Shown: piece after piece, positions 19,982-30,121 of the stretch
Layout of the letters: every line of letters begins with the position of its first letter
How positions within the stretch are numbered: position 1 is the first letter of the stretch
Origin: an uncultured bacterium
GTDB lineage: Bacteria; Margulisbacteria; WOR-1; CAZGTC01
DNA: 64,000 nucleotides
NCBI GenBank assembly: GCA_964528395.1
Contig: CAZGTC010000001.1
Location: forward strand, 30,046-94,045
Reading direction: 5' to 3'
Translations under genes and position numbers: made by a program
Notes under the pieces: generated by a model
Seen by the model: only the letters and a program-made list of their open reading frames with translations
Database searches by the model: none
What the model was told of the DNA's origin: nothing

Positions 19982-20541
19982 TTAAATCTTATAAGAATAT
20001 TTCAATAAAAGATTTAGCAGCAATTGTTTGCCAACAGCTTAAGCAATATTCAATTGATGCAGTGCTTACCGGAGGTGCTTGTGTATCTATTTATACTAAA
20101 AACAAGTATTTATCACATGATCTTGATTTTGTTTCAGGCGCAGTTGAATTGCTAGGTAAAAAGATTAAAGCTGCGATGGAAGAGATTGGATTTTATTTAA
20201 ATCCCCAAAATTATTTTGCCAATCCGCAATGTAAATTTTTTATTGAATTTATACCTTCTCCTTTGGCGATTGGAAAAGAGCTGGTAAAAAAAGTAAAGAG
20301 ATTGCCTACTAGAAGAGGGACTATAAAAATGCTTACCCCAACAGACAGTGTAAAAGACCGGTTAGCAGCTTATTTTTATTGGAATGATAAACAATCTTTT
20401 GAGCAGGCGCTTATGATTGCAGAAAAAAACAGAATAAATTTGGCAAATATTAAAAAATGGGCACAAAAAGAAAAACAAACTAAGAAACTTAAAGATTTTA
20501 CTTATACCTTATCTTCGCGCAGATCAAATAAAAGTCTATAA
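19978..20541 (+). CDS. minimal nucleotidyltransferase-fold protein (putative toxin partner)
   Basis: 187 aa; LTGGACVSIYTKNKYLSHDLDFV matches the GG...DhD NTase motif. Confidence 0.45.
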   Translation: MIKSYKNISIKDLAAIVCQQLKQYSIDAVLTGGACVSIYTKNKYLSHDLDFVSGAVELLGKKIKAAMEEIGFYLNPQNYFANPQCKFFIEFIPSPLAIGKELVKKVKRLPTRRGTIKMLTPTDSVKDRLAAYFYWNDKQSFEQALMIAEKNRINLANIKKWAQKEKQTKKLKDFTYTLSSRRSNKSL

Positions 20542-20752
20542 ACAGGGTAATGGAATTAGCGGCGATAATCGGCAGAGATTTTAAGATCAAGCCGTAGGTG
20601 GTCCACAAAATTAAGCCTGCAAAAAGCATAATCAGCATGGCCAAAGACAGGTCTTTTGTGTGCTTAGTTTGATAAACTTTAATTGCTTGCGGCAGAAAAG
20701 CAGCGGTGGTCAAAATAGCAGCCAGAGATCCGATATAAAATGTAATTTCCAT
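20498..20752 (-). CDS. SemiSWEET / PQ-loop family transporter
   Basis: ~84 aa from internal ATG (MEITFYIGS...); three TM helices with LPQAIKVYQTK motif. Confidence 0.6.
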   Translation of the reverse strand: MEITFYIGSLAAILTTAAFLPQAIKVYQTKHTKDLSLAMLIMLFAGLILWTTYGLILKSLPIIAANSITLFIDFYLICAKIRYK

Positions 20753-20799
20753 AGATTGAGATTCTATCTTTTTTGATGTGAAAAGTCTATTTTTTATGT

Positions 20800-20987
20800 C
20801 CTCACCCAAACCTCACCCTAATCTTTCTTATATGTTAGCGAATTCTAAAACTACCCTCTCCTAAAAGGAGAGGGATTATCTATTTTTCGCTCAAAATTAA
20901 ATCCTTCTCCTGTGGGAGAAGCCTGCCTGCCGGTAGGCAGGGTTGCATGCGAAAAGATTGCTAATAACGAGTAATCAGGATGAGGGT
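20800..20987 (-). repeat. MITE-like composite intergenic repeat, copy B (inverted relative to copy A)
   Basis: cctcaccc ... ccctctcc-taaaa-ggagaggg (20854-20874) ... ccttctcc-tgtggg-agaag (20903-20921) + inserted cctgcctgccggtaggcagg (20922-20941) ... aggatgagg. Confidence 0.6.
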
Positions 20988-21062
20988 TTTTCTATTTTTC
21001 CCTTGAGATTTCTTCGCGTTCTTGTTAAGCTAAGGAAGTTTAAGAAATAAAGGAGATTCTTT

Positions 21063-22094
21063 ATGCTTTTTCGATTGTTTCTCTGTTTGCTCTTGATTAT
21101 TTCTCTTTCTACATCAGTTCTGGCTTGCTGGGGTTTTAGGCCCATGGGCATGGGCGGGGTTTTTGTGGCAGTGGCAGATGATGCAAATATTGCATATTGG
21201 AATCGGGCTGGGGCAGGGCAAATGGATAATTGGAAAGATGGGGAAAAGCAATTTATTTGGACCAGTACGGTTTTGGATAATGTAGGATTTTTTAATCGCA
21301 AAGCTAGGGTAGGAAATACTTATTATGATAGTTTCAATTTTGCCCAAAAGCTTAATCATGATTGGGGATGGACTTTGGCTGGTACTTGGAACGGGGGGGG
21401 ATCTTTTGTTTTGAGCCCAGGATTTGGTTTTCGTTTGCCGGGAGGCGGGGTCATGGATCAAATGTCTTTGGGAATGGGGCTCAATTTTTGGACATTGGAA
21501 GGATATTGGAACAACCTTAAACTTAATCAATTTTATACTCAAATGCATTTAGATTATTTATATAAGATAACCAGTGAATTTAATTTTGGCGTGCATATTG
21601 AAAGGTTTTGGCAAATTTCTACTACGCAATCTTTTCCAGATGATAATGTTGCTGGTTTTCCAAAAACCTTTAGTGGGCAGATTGCTGAAAGCATGAATTT
21701 CCGTCCAGCAATTGCCTGGATGCCGCAAGGGAATTTAAAAGGTTTAATTGTTAATGCAGGTATTTATGATCTGTTTGCACAAGGGGGAGGCCCGCATTAT
21801 TCTTTTGGATTTGAATTTACGCCGCAAGCAGAATTCAAAAAAATTGTAACTGGAAAAGGAAAAGACAAAAAAGTAAAATATGTGGAAGATGATAAAGCTT
21901 GGCTGCAAAATAGCCATTTTAGGGCAGGTATCTATAATATGTTAGGGGCACCGGGGCAACAACATTCAGCTGTTATGCTTGGATATGGGTATGATTTGAA
22001 TAAAGATTTAGAAATTGGAGGCAACGGATACTTTGGTTTTGCAGATTCTTCAGGTGGTTGGAGTATTTCTGGTGGAGTGGCTTGGAAAAATTAA
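21063..22094 (+). CDS. outer-membrane beta-barrel protein (FadL/PorV-like N-terminal motif)
   Basis: 343 aa; signal peptide; GMGGVFVAVADDANIAYWNRAG resembles the FadL-type N-terminal motif; Gly/aromatic-rich; RBS AAGGAG. Confidence 0.5.
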   Translation: MLFRLFLCLLLIISLSTSVLACWGFRPMGMGGVFVAVADDANIAYWNRAGAGQMDNWKDGEKQFIWTSTVLDNVGFFNRKARVGNTYYDSFNFAQKLNHDWGWTLAGTWNGGGSFVLSPGFGFRLPGGGVMDQMSLGMGLNFWTLEGYWNNLKLNQFYTQMHLDYLYKITSEFNFGVHIERFWQISTTQSFPDDNVAGFPKTFSGQIAESMNFRPAIAWMPQGNLKGLIVNAGIYDLFAQGGGPHYSFGFEFTPQAEFKKIVTGKGKDKKVKYVEDDKAWLQNSHFRAGIYNMLGAPGQQHSAVMLGYGYDLNKDLEIGGNGYFGFADSSGGWSISGGVAWKN

Positions 22095-22190
22095 ATAAGA
22101 AAGGGATCTAGGTTTCTAGGTATCTAGGTATCCAGATAAACTTGATCTCTTGATACCTTGATACCTTTTTTTGAGAGGAGGTGAAATAAA

Positions 22191-22769
22191 ATGAAAAAAA
22201 TAGCAATTTTATTGTCTCTTTTGTTAATTGTAGCTTCTGTAGCTATGGCAGCGCCAAAAGCAACTGCTCCTGCAGCTGCTCCGGCTTATGCTGCATCGGA
22301 TAGGTCAGATATACAAATGGCAGTAACTGCGCGCGGGAATTCCTTTTTGAATAATACGACAGGTGGTTTTACTGGTAGCCCTACGCTAAGAATTGGCCTA
22401 AATAAGGATCAGGCTATGGAATTTGGGTTGAACTATTCTAGCTTGGGTGCTGGAGCATCAACCATGGGATTTATGGGTCGTTTTGAGATGGTTATGGCAA
22501 AAATTGGGGAAGTAAAAGCTTATTGGGCAGCGCAAGCTAGTTATTATACGGATACGAATATTACGGCTGCTAATGCTACTACTTCTACTTTAAGCCTTAT
22601 GGGATTTCTTGGAGCAGAATATATGTTTGCAAGAAACCTATCTATCATAGTAGAACTTATGCCCGCTGCATTTTCTTCTGTTAGCCAAGGCAATGCTAAT
22701 GCTACTCGATTTTATATTCTTAGTAATACGAGTGCCAACTTATACAGTGGCTTGAGATTGTACTTCTAG
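22191..22769 (+). CDS. small outer-membrane beta-barrel protein
   Basis: 192 aa; signal peptide LLIVASVAMAAP; ends in aromatic motif LRLYF; RBS GAGAGGAGGTG. Confidence 0.55.
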   Translation: MKKIAILLSLLLIVASVAMAAPKATAPAAAPAYAASDRSDIQMAVTARGNSFLNNTTGGFTGSPTLRIGLNKDQAMEFGLNYSSLGAGASTMGFMGRFEMVMAKIGEVKAYWAAQASYYTDTNITAANATTSTLSLMGFLGAEYMFARNLSIIVELMPAAFSSVSQGNANATRFYILSNTSANLYSGLRLYF

Positions 22770-22826
22770 TTTTTATATCAAAGGGAGCTTTGTTTGAAAA
22801 AGGCAAAGCTCTCTTTGTTTTATGAC

Positions 22827-22988
22827 CCTCACCCCTACCCCTCTCCCTCGCTACGCTGGGAGAGGGACATTTTGTTATTCGTTGGGTTATAATATGAAAA
22901 TACAAATTTTAGGAGATCCTTCTCCTGAGGGAGAAGGCGGCATAAGATAAATCTTCAAGTTTGAAGGAGTTAGGATGAGGGCAAATCA
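22827..22988 (-). repeat. MITE-like composite intergenic repeat, copy C; terminus overlaps priA RBS and start codon
   Basis: cctcaccc, ccctctcc-ctcgctacgctg-ggagaggg, ccttctcc-tgag-ggagaagg, then gaaggagttaggATGagggcaaatca; the rc of copy D ends in the same taggatgagggcaaatca. Confidence 0.6.
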
Positions 22989-24972
22989 AAAATTTGCAAA
23001 AGTAATTTTATCCAGGGTTTCCGCGGGATTGGATAAGGCTTATGATTACTCGATCCCGCTGGAATTAAAAGAAAAAATTGGGGTGGGGTCTTGGGTAAAA
23101 GTACCTTTTGGCAGTCGTGAATTGGAAGGTTTTGTTATTGATCTGGCAGATGAATCGCAGTTCGCAAAAATTAAACCTATTTCCGCGGTTTTGAGCGATG
23201 TCTTTTATTTTTCTAAAAGAGAAGTTGATCTAGCAAACTGGATAGCAGAATATTATTTTTCTTCTTTTTTTAAAGCCTTGGATCTATTTTTGCCCCCAGC
23301 CCTAGTAAAAAAAAATAAAATCCCAGCCGAAAAATCAGATTTTCTCCTCGCGGCCCAGCCAGCTTTTACCTTAACTTCATCCCAGGAAAAAGCTATTGGT
23401 AAAATTAAAGCAGCTTTACAGGATAAAAAGAGCCAGGTTTTTCTCCTGTGGGGAGTGGCAGGGTCGGGAAAAACCGAAGTTTACCTGCGCCTAGTGGAAG
23501 AAGTATTAAAGCAGGGTAAATCCGTGATTGTTTTGGTGCCGGAAATTATTTTAACTTCGCCAATCGCGGAAAAATTCCAGGCGCGCTTTGGAAATTTGCT
23601 GGCAATTTTGCATTCCAATATGAAAGATACCGAGCGCCGCACAGAGTGGCTGCGTTTAAAACAAGGCGAAGCGCGAATTGCCCTGGGCACGCGCCTGGCG
23701 CTTTTTGCCCCAATTTCTAACCTGGGCATTATCATTATGGATGAAGAATCTGACGGATCCTATAAACAAGACCAAAGCCCGCGCTACCATGGCCGCACAG
23801 TGGCAGAATATATGGCCCAAAGAGAAAAAATTCCTCTAGTTTTAGGTTCTGCTACCCCATCGGTTGAAACTTTTTATCGCGCGAAAAAAAATGAAATCCA
23901 GCTTCTGGCTTTGCCGGAAAAGGTGCAAGATACGCCCCTGCCTAAGATCGAAGTTGTAGATATGCACGAAGAAATAAAAAAAGGCAACCGCACGATTTTT
24001 AGCCGGCAGCTCCGAAAAGCCATGTACCAGGCCTTAGAAAAGAAAAAAAGAATCATTTTATTTACCAGCCGGCGGGGGCATTATACTTTTATCCTTTGCC
24101 GGACCTGCGGAAAACCTTTGAAATGCCCGCATTGCGAGGCTCTTCTAACTTTTCATTCTTTGCGGAAAACTTTGAATTGCCCGCGCTGTTCTTTTAAAAA
24201 ATCCCAAGCCCTGATGTGCCCAAATTGCCAGGGTACGGATATCCGTTATTTGGGTTTGGGCACGCAGAGGATTGAAGACGAGTTAAAAATCTTATTTCCC
24301 AAAGCCAAAAGCGTGCGCTTTGACCGCGAGAGCTTTGAAGTGCGGGATGCGCGCGAAAAATTATACCAAAGTTTTGCCAGCGGCCAGGCAGATATTCTCA
24401 TTGGTACACAGATGGTAGCCAAGGGTTTTGATTTTGAAAAAATTGCCTTGGTGGGGATTCTTTCCGCGGATTTTGCCTTAAACTCCCCGGATTTTCGCTC
24501 CAGCGAGCATACTTTCCAGATTTTAACCCAGGCCGTTGGCCGCTCTGGCCGGCACAAAGATGCAGGGACAGTTATCTTGCAGACTTTTAATCCCGAGCAC
24601 TTTGTGATTAAGTCGCTTCTGGAACATAATTATGAGGTTTTTTGGCAGGAAGAAATTAAGCAGCGCCAAATGCTTAATTTCCCGCCTTTTTCCCATATGG
24701 TCCGCGTGGTTTTTTCCGGGGAAAATGAAGAGAAATTAGAAAAGAACAGCTCGGATTTTGCGCGGCTTTTGGGACAGGGAGAAAAAATTTGCATCCTAGG
24801 TCCTTCGCCAGCCCCAATTCACCGCCTAAAAAATCTTTTCCGCTGGCAAGTAGTTATAACCAGCCAGGATTTACCTTTATTGCACTCAATAATTGCGGCA
24901 ACAATGCAAAAAATGGTAAAATTAAACGGAATTCGAATTATGATTGATGTTGATCCCAGGAGTTTATTATGA
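22975..24972 (+). CDS. priA: primosomal protein N' (replication-restart helicase)
   Basis: 665 aa; Walker A GVAGSGKTEV, DEES box, Cys-rich zinc-binding region. Confidence 0.9.
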   Translation: MRANQKFAKVILSRVSAGLDKAYDYSIPLELKEKIGVGSWVKVPFGSRELEGFVIDLADESQFAKIKPISAVLSDVFYFSKREVDLANWIAEYYFSSFFKALDLFLPPALVKKNKIPAEKSDFLLAAQPAFTLTSSQEKAIGKIKAALQDKKSQVFLLWGVAGSGKTEVYLRLVEEVLKQGKSVIVLVPEIILTSPIAEKFQARFGNLLAILHSNMKDTERRTEWLRLKQGEARIALGTRLALFAPISNLGIIIMDEESDGSYKQDQSPRYHGRTVAEYMAQREKIPLVLGSATPSVETFYRAKKNEIQLLALPEKVQDTPLPKIEVVDMHEEIKKGNRTIFSRQLRKAMYQALEKKKRIILFTSRRGHYTFILCRTCGKPLKCPHCEALLTFHSLRKTLNCPRCSFKKSQALMCPNCQGTDIRYLGLGTQRIEDELKILFPKAKSVRFDRESFEVRDAREKLYQSFASGQADILIGTQMVAKGFDFEKIALVGILSADFALNSPDFRSSEHTFQILTQAVGRSGRHKDAGTVILQTFNPEHFVIKSLLEHNYEVFWQEEIKQRQMLNFPPFSHMVRVVFSGENEEKLEKNSSDFARLLGQGEKICILGPSPAPIHRLKNLFRWQVVITSQDLPLLHSIIAATMQKMVKLNGIRIMIDVDPRSLL

Positions 24973-25466
24973 GCCAATTGGAAGTATTGCATTATCCTAA
25001 TCCGCTGCTGCGCAAAAAAAGCAAGTCCGTGCGCCGCGTTACCCCGGAAATAAAAAAACTAGCGGAAGATATGTTGGATACCATGTATAAGGCGCCGGGC
25101 GTGGGACTAGCTGCTCCGCAGGCGGGCAAGCTTATAAGACTTATTGTGGTAGATATTGGCGATAATCCGATTGTTTTTATCAATCCAAAAATCCTGAAAA
25201 AAAGCGGCAAGCAAACTTTTAACGAAGGGTGCTTATGCCTGCCCGGAGTTGAGGCTCCGGTTGAAAGGTCGGCGCATGTTTTGGTGGAGGGGTGGGATAA
25301 GAACGGCGCAAAGCAAGAAATCGAAGCCCAAGGGCTTTTAGCAACGGTTTTGCAGCATGAAATTGACCATTTGGAAGGCGTTCTTTTTATCGATCGGGTG
25401 AAAAACCAAGAAGATATCAAATATCCCCATTTAAAAAATCAGGAAAATTTCAGAGAGATCCAATGA
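24969..25466 (+). CDS. def: peptide deformylase
   Basis: 165 aa; GVGLAAPQ, EGCLCLPG, QHEIDHLEG motifs. Confidence 0.9.
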   Translation: MSQLEVLHYPNPLLRKKSKSVRRVTPEIKKLAEDMLDTMYKAPGVGLAAPQAGKLIRLIVVDIGDNPIVFINPKILKKSGKQTFNEGCLCLPGVEAPVERSAHVLVEGWDKNGAKQEIEAQGLLATVLQHEIDHLEGVLFIDRVKNQEDIKYPHLKNQENFREIQ

Positions 25467-26395
25467 AGCTTATTTTTTTTGGGACCCCGGCATGCGCAGC
25501 CCTAGTTTTGGAAAAAATTTTACAAGCTCCGCATCAAGTTTTGGCGGTGATTACCCAGCCGGATAAGCCCTCGGGCCGCGGACTGAAAAAGAATCCTTCC
25601 CCAGTCAAAGAATCAGCCCTTAAAAATAATTTGCCGTGCTTTGAGCCGGAAAAATTAAAAGATCCGGTTTTTTATTCTTTAATAAAGAGCCTTAACCCTG
25701 ATCTTATGGTGGTGGTGGCTTATGGAAGAATCTTGCCCAAGGAATTATTGGAAATCCCCAAATACGGGGCAATTAATTTGCATACCTCGCTTTTGCCTAA
25801 ATACCGCGGTGCTGCGCCGATTGAATGGGCAATTTTCCATGGAGAAAAAAAATTGGGCGCTACTATTATGAAAATAGCTGAAACCTTGGATACCGGGGAT
25901 ATACTTTTGCAGGATGCCATTAAATTAGGAGAAGAGGATTTAGTGGAAGAAGCTTCAGATAAACTTTTTGGCTTAGGGGCTAAGCTGATGCTAAAAGCTT
26001 TGGACGAAATTGAAAAAGGCCGGGCAGTTTTTACTCCCCAGGATGAAAAAAAAGCCACTTATGCCCCGCTTATCCGAAAAGAAATGGGCATTATTGACTG
26101 GAAAAAAAGCGCGCTGGAAATAAAAAACCAAATCCGAGCTTTTTCACGCTGGCCAGGAAGCTTTACTTATCATAATCAAAAAGTTTTAAAGGTTTTAAAA
26201 GTTAAATTATTGCCAGATAAAGGCGCTATTGCGGGACAGGTTTTAGAAGTGAAAAAAGGGGAGGGGTTTTTGGTGGCGTGCGGACAGGGAAGTTTAATGG
26301 TTGAAGAAGTCCAGCCGGAAAACCGCAAAAAAATGCGTGCTGCGGATTTTATCTTGGGTTATAATATACAGCCCGGTACGATTTTCCCGAATTAA
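25463..26395 (+). CDS. fmt: methionyl-tRNA formyltransferase
   Basis: 310 aa; formyltransferase fold (INLHTSLLPKYRGAAPI); def-fmt arrangement. Confidence 0.9.
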   Translation: MKLIFFGTPACAALVLEKILQAPHQVLAVITQPDKPSGRGLKKNPSPVKESALKNNLPCFEPEKLKDPVFYSLIKSLNPDLMVVVAYGRILPKELLEIPKYGAINLHTSLLPKYRGAAPIEWAIFHGEKKLGATIMKIAETLDTGDILLQDAIKLGEEDLVEEASDKLFGLGAKLMLKALDEIEKGRAVFTPQDEKKATYAPLIRKEMGIIDWKKSALEIKNQIRAFSRWPGSFTYHNQKVLKVLKVKLLPDKGAIAGQVLEVKKGEGFLVACGQGSLMVEEVQPENRKKMRAADFILGYNIQPGTIFPN

Positions 26396-26418
26396 AATTT
26401 TGGAAGGGAGTGAAAGAA

Positions 26419-26589
26419 ATGGCGCATAAGATTACGGATGATTGCTTAGCTTGCGGGGTTTGCAAGCCCGAATGCCCGGTGGATGCGATCAGCGAAGGGG
26501 ATCCAAAATATATTATTAGTGCGGATCTTTGCACAGATTGTGGAAATTGCGTAAATGTTTGCCCAGCCAGCGCAATTATAAAAGAGTAG
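26419..26589 (+). CDS. 2x[4Fe-4S] ferredoxin (56 aa, absent from the ORF track)
   Basis: MAHKITDDCLACGVCKPECP...CTDCGNCVNVCP: two CxxCxxCxxxCP motifs; RBS GGAAGGGAG. Confidence 0.8.
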   Translation: MAHKITDDCLACGVCKPECPVDAISEGDPKYIISADLCTDCGNCVNVCPASAIIKE

Positions 26590-26590
26590 C

Positions 26591-27403
26591 TTACTTATTT
26601 TCTTCTTTAGCGGGGAGGTTAATGTTGATGCGTTTGATCTGATTAGCTTTCCCGCTTTTTGCATCTATATCAACAACTACGGCATTGAAAATCCGGCGGC
26701 CTTTTTTCATGACCGTGAATTTAACCGGGATTTGCGATAAAAAGCGCTCAATAATTTCTTCTTTTTGCATGCCAATAACTGAATCTTTTGATCCAACCAT
26801 GCCTACATCCGTGATAAATGCGGTCCCTTGGGGAAAAATCTGCTCATCTGCAGTTTGCACGTGCGTGTGAGTCCCAATAATGGCAGAGACCCGGCCGTCC
26901 AAGAACCAGGCCAGCGCGGATTTTTCCGAAGAGGCTTCGGCATGGACATCAATTAAAATATTTTTTGTAATGGAGGAAACCTCGTCCAAAATTTTTTCCG
27001 CGGTTTGGAAAGGGCAATCCATGGGCGGCATAAAAGTGCGGCCTAAAAGATTTAATACCGCAATTTTTCCTGCGCGGGTTTCAACAATTAATCGATCCTG
27101 GCCCGGGGCGCGGGAAGGGTAATTGGCTGGCCGGATCAGGCGGGGGGTTTTGTCCTTATCTTTTAAAAGATTTATAAATTCTTTTTTGTCCCAGATATGG
27201 TTGCCCGAGGTCAATACATCGATCTGGCATTCGTCGAGCAGTTCATGGTAGACCTTTTCAGTTAATCCATAGCCGCTGGCAGCATTTTCTGCATTGGCAA
27301 TGGCAAGGTCAATTTGCTCTTCTTTTTTTATCTCCGGCAAAAGCTCTTTAACGATTTGCCGGCCCAAATGCCCGATGATGTCCCCGATAAAAAGTACTTT
27401 CAT
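26591..27403 (-). CDS. YmdB-family metallophosphoesterase (TIGR00282-like)
   Basis: 270 aa; [11 protein letters not shown] ... GNHIWD ... GTHTHVQTAD motifs; directly downstream of rny. Confidence 0.8.
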   Translation of the reverse strand: MKVLFIGDIIGHLGRQIVKELLPEIKKEEQIDLAIANAENAASGYGLTEKVYHELLDECQIDVLTSGNHIWDKKEFINLLKDKDKTPRLIRPANYPSRAPGQDRLIVETRAGKIAVLNLLGRTFMPPMDCPFQTAEKILDEVSSITKNILIDVHAEASSEKSALAWFLDGRVSAIIGTHTHVQTADEQIFPQGTAFITDVGMVGSKDSVIGMQKEEIIERFLSQIPVKFTVMKKGRRIFNAVVVDIDAKSGKANQIKRININLPAKEENK

Positions 27404-28950
27404 TATTTTGCAACCTCGGTAGACCGGGTTTCGCGGATAACCGTAACCTTTACTTCTCCCGGATACTCCAGTTCTGATTCAATTTTTCGGGCAATGTCGT
27501 GCGCAAGCTTGATTGCAGCATCGTCATTTATTTTTTCTGGCTGGACAATTACGCGCACTTCCCGGCCCGCTTGGATGGCAAAGCATTTTTCTACGCCTTC
27601 AAAGCCTTTGGCCACGTTTTCCAGCTTTTCTAAGCGTTTTACATAAGCTTCCAAGGTATCTCTCCTGGCGCCGGGGCGGGAGGCAGAAATTGCATCCGCA
27701 ACTGCAACTAAAACTGCTTCAATGGTGCGGGGCTGCTCGTCAAAATGGTGGGCTAAAATCGCATGCACAACCTCTGGAGATTCTCCCACTTTCTGGGCAA
27801 AAGTTGCGCCGAGTTTGGGGTGGGTGCCTTCGGTTTCTTGGTCAATGGCTTTTCCGATATCATGCAAAAGACCGGCTCTTCTTGCCAGCCGCACATTGAC
27901 ATTTAATTCATCGGCCAGCATGCCGGAAAGATGGGCGACTTCAATCGAGTGCTGGAGGACGTTTTGCCCGTAGCTGGTGCGGAAGCGCAGGCGCCCCAAG
28001 AGCTGGATAATGGCGGGCGGAAGATTGTGCACTCCAGCATCTAGAGCAGCTTGTTCGCCAAGTTCCCAGATGCGGTTTTTCATTTCCTGCTCGGCTTTTT
28101 TGTACATTTCTTCAACGCGCGATGGATGGATGCGGCCGTCCACGATTAATTTTTGCAGGGTCATGCGCGCCAATTCCCGGCGTAAAGGGCTGAACCCGGA
28201 TACGGTTACAATTTCCGGCGAATCATCTACCACAAGGTCGCAGCCGGTTAAGGTTTCAAATACCCGGATATTGCGTCCTTCCCGGCCGATAATGCGGCCT
28301 TTCATGTCATCCGAAGGAATTTCAACAGTGGAAGTAGTTGTTTCTACCACGTGGTCAGTAACGCAGCGCTGGATAGCGCTCGAGAGGATTTCTTTGGCTT
28401 TTTTTTCAGATTCCTGCTTGATTTTTTCTTCATTGCGCTTAATGGCAACTGCAGCTTCGGCATCCAATTCTTTCTCTATATTATCCAAAAGAATTTTTTT
28501 GGCGTCCTCGCGCGACAATTCTGAAATTTTTTCCAGCTTTTGGATATGCTCCCCCCGAATTTTTTCCAGCTGGCTTTGCATTTGGTCGACCTGTAAAAGC
28601 TTGTCTTTTATGGCATTGGCTTTTTCCAGCAGGGCTTTTTCCCTTTCTTCCATTTTTTCTTCTTTAATAAGGAGCCTTTTTTCCATGTTCATTAATTCGG
28701 ATTTTCTTTCTTTAGATTCCCGCTCTATTTCCTGGCGCATTCTAAGCGACTGGTCCTTGGCCTCAATCAGGGCTTCTTTTTTCTTAGCCTCGGCTTCTCT
28801 TTCCGCTTCTTTTACCAGCCTTTTGGCAGTTTCTTCTGCTACTTTTACTTTTTGGTCAAGGGTACTGCGCTTGAGATATATGAATGCGATCCCTAAAATA
28901 AAAACAACCGCGACCAATAAAAACAAAACTACTGCGATGCTGATATTCAT
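27403..28950 (-). CDS. rny: ribonuclease Y
   Basis: 515 aa; N-terminal TM, coiled coil, KH region, HD motif (GLLHDIGK). Confidence 0.9.
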   Translation of the reverse strand: MNISIAVVLFLLVAVVFILGIAFIYLKRSTLDQKVKVAEETAKRLVKEAEREAEAKKKEALIEAKDQSLRMRQEIERESKERKSELMNMEKRLLIKEEKMEEREKALLEKANAIKDKLLQVDQMQSQLEKIRGEHIQKLEKISELSREDAKKILLDNIEKELDAEAAVAIKRNEEKIKQESEKKAKEILSSAIQRCVTDHVVETTTSTVEIPSDDMKGRIIGREGRNIRVFETLTGCDLVVDDSPEIVTVSGFSPLRRELARMTLQKLIVDGRIHPSRVEEMYKKAEQEMKNRIWELGEQAALDAGVHNLPPAIIQLLGRLRFRTSYGQNVLQHSIEVAHLSGMLADELNVNVRLARRAGLLHDIGKAIDQETEGTHPKLGATFAQKVGESPEVVHAILAHHFDEQPRTIEAVLVAVADAISASRPGARRDTLEAYVKRLEKLENVAKGFEGVEKCFAIQAGREVRVIVQPEKINDDAAIKLAHDIARKIESELEYPGEVKVTVIRETRSTEVAK

Positions 28951-28952
28951 GT

Positions 28953-30059
28953 TTAATTTTCCTTTCTATTGCTTTTTTTTGGTTCTTCTTTTTTGCTTTT
29001 TTCCTTTTCATCATCATCATTTTTTTCTTTTTCTTCTTCTTCTGAAACATCGTTTATTTTTTTAGGCTTTTGCTCTTTGATGTGTTTTTTGACCTTGTCC
29101 AAAATTTCGCTGAATAGGGTTGGATTTTCTTCTAAATATTTTTGCGCGTTTTCCAGTCCCTGCCCGATCTTTTTTCCTTCGTAGGAGTACCAGGCCCCGA
29201 CTTTTTCAATGAAGTTCAAATTTGATGCAACCTCTACCAAGTCAACATATTTGGAAATGCCTTCCCCGTATTTAAGGAGGAATTCCGCGCTTTTAAAGGG
29301 CGGGGCAACCTTGTTTTTTACCACTTTTACATTTACCCGCGCCCCAATAATCAGGGTGCCTTCGCGGATTTTTTCAATCGGCCTAACTTCCAACCTGACA
29401 GAAGAATAAAATTTTAGCGCCCGGCCTCCAGGGGTGATTTCGGGGTTGCCGAACATGATCCCGACTTTTTCCCTTAATTGGTTGACGAATACTACGATGC
29501 TTTTGGATTTATTAACTACAGCAGTTAATTTCCTCAAGGCTTGTGACATGAGCCGGGCTTGCAAACCGATCCTGGCTTCGCCCATTTCGCCTTCAATTTC
29601 AGCCTTGGGAACCAGTGCTGCCACAGAGTCAATAACAATAATATCAATGGCTCCAGAGCGCACCAGGGTCTCGGTAATTTCCAATGCTTGTTCCCCGTAA
29701 TCTGGCTGGGAAATCAAGAGGTCATCAATATTTACTCCCAATTTGCTGGCATAAACCGGGTCCATTGAATGTTCCGCATCAATAAAAGCAGCTGTGCCCC
29801 CGCTTCTTTGCACTTCAGCAATAGCGAGCAGCGTGACCGTTGTTTTTCCTCCAGCCTCGGGTCCAAAAATCTCAACGATTCTTCCGCGCGGCAGCCCGCC
29901 TACTCCCAATGCTAAATCCAGGGACAAGCAGCCAGTTGAAACAGCTTCGACCTTCATTTTTGAAGCTTCGCCCATTTTCATGATCGAACCTTTACCCCAA
30001 TTTTTTTCAATTTGCGATATAGCCAAGCCCAAAGCTTTATTTTTTTGATCAGTTACCAT
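28953..30059 (-). CDS. recA: recombinase RecA with extended charged C-terminal tail
   Basis: 368 aa; Walker [10 protein letters not shown] and canonical RecA core; long Lys/Glu-rich tail. Confidence 0.95.
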   Translation of the reverse strand: MVTDQKNKALGLAISQIEKNWGKGSIMKMGEASKMKVEAVSTGCLSLDLALGVGGLPRGRIVEIFGPEAGGKTTVTLLAIAEVQRSGGTAAFIDAEHSMDPVYASKLGVNIDDLLISQPDYGEQALEITETLVRSGAIDIIVIDSVAALVPKAEIEGEMGEARIGLQARLMSQALRKLTAVVNKSKSIVVFVNQLREKVGIMFGNPEITPGGRALKFYSSVRLEVRPIEKIREGTLIIGARVNVKVVKNKVAPPFKSAEFLLKYGEGISKYVDLVEVASNLNFIEKVGAWYSYEGKKIGQGLENAQKYLEENPTLFSEILDKVKKHIKEQKPKKINDVSEEEEKEKNDDDEKEKSKKEEPKKSNRKEN

Positions 30060-30121
30060 GATTCATTTTCCTCCTTTAATAATTAACAAGTCATAAGTTA
30101 TGAGTTATAAGTTATAGGTTA

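Noticed and set aside
27977-29065. 362-aa plus-strand ORF with His/Phe/Leu low-complexity tail ([12 protein letters not shown])
   Set aside because: Entirely antisense to rny and recA, which have unambiguous homology; the low-complexity tail mirrors the Lys/Glu-rich RecA tail
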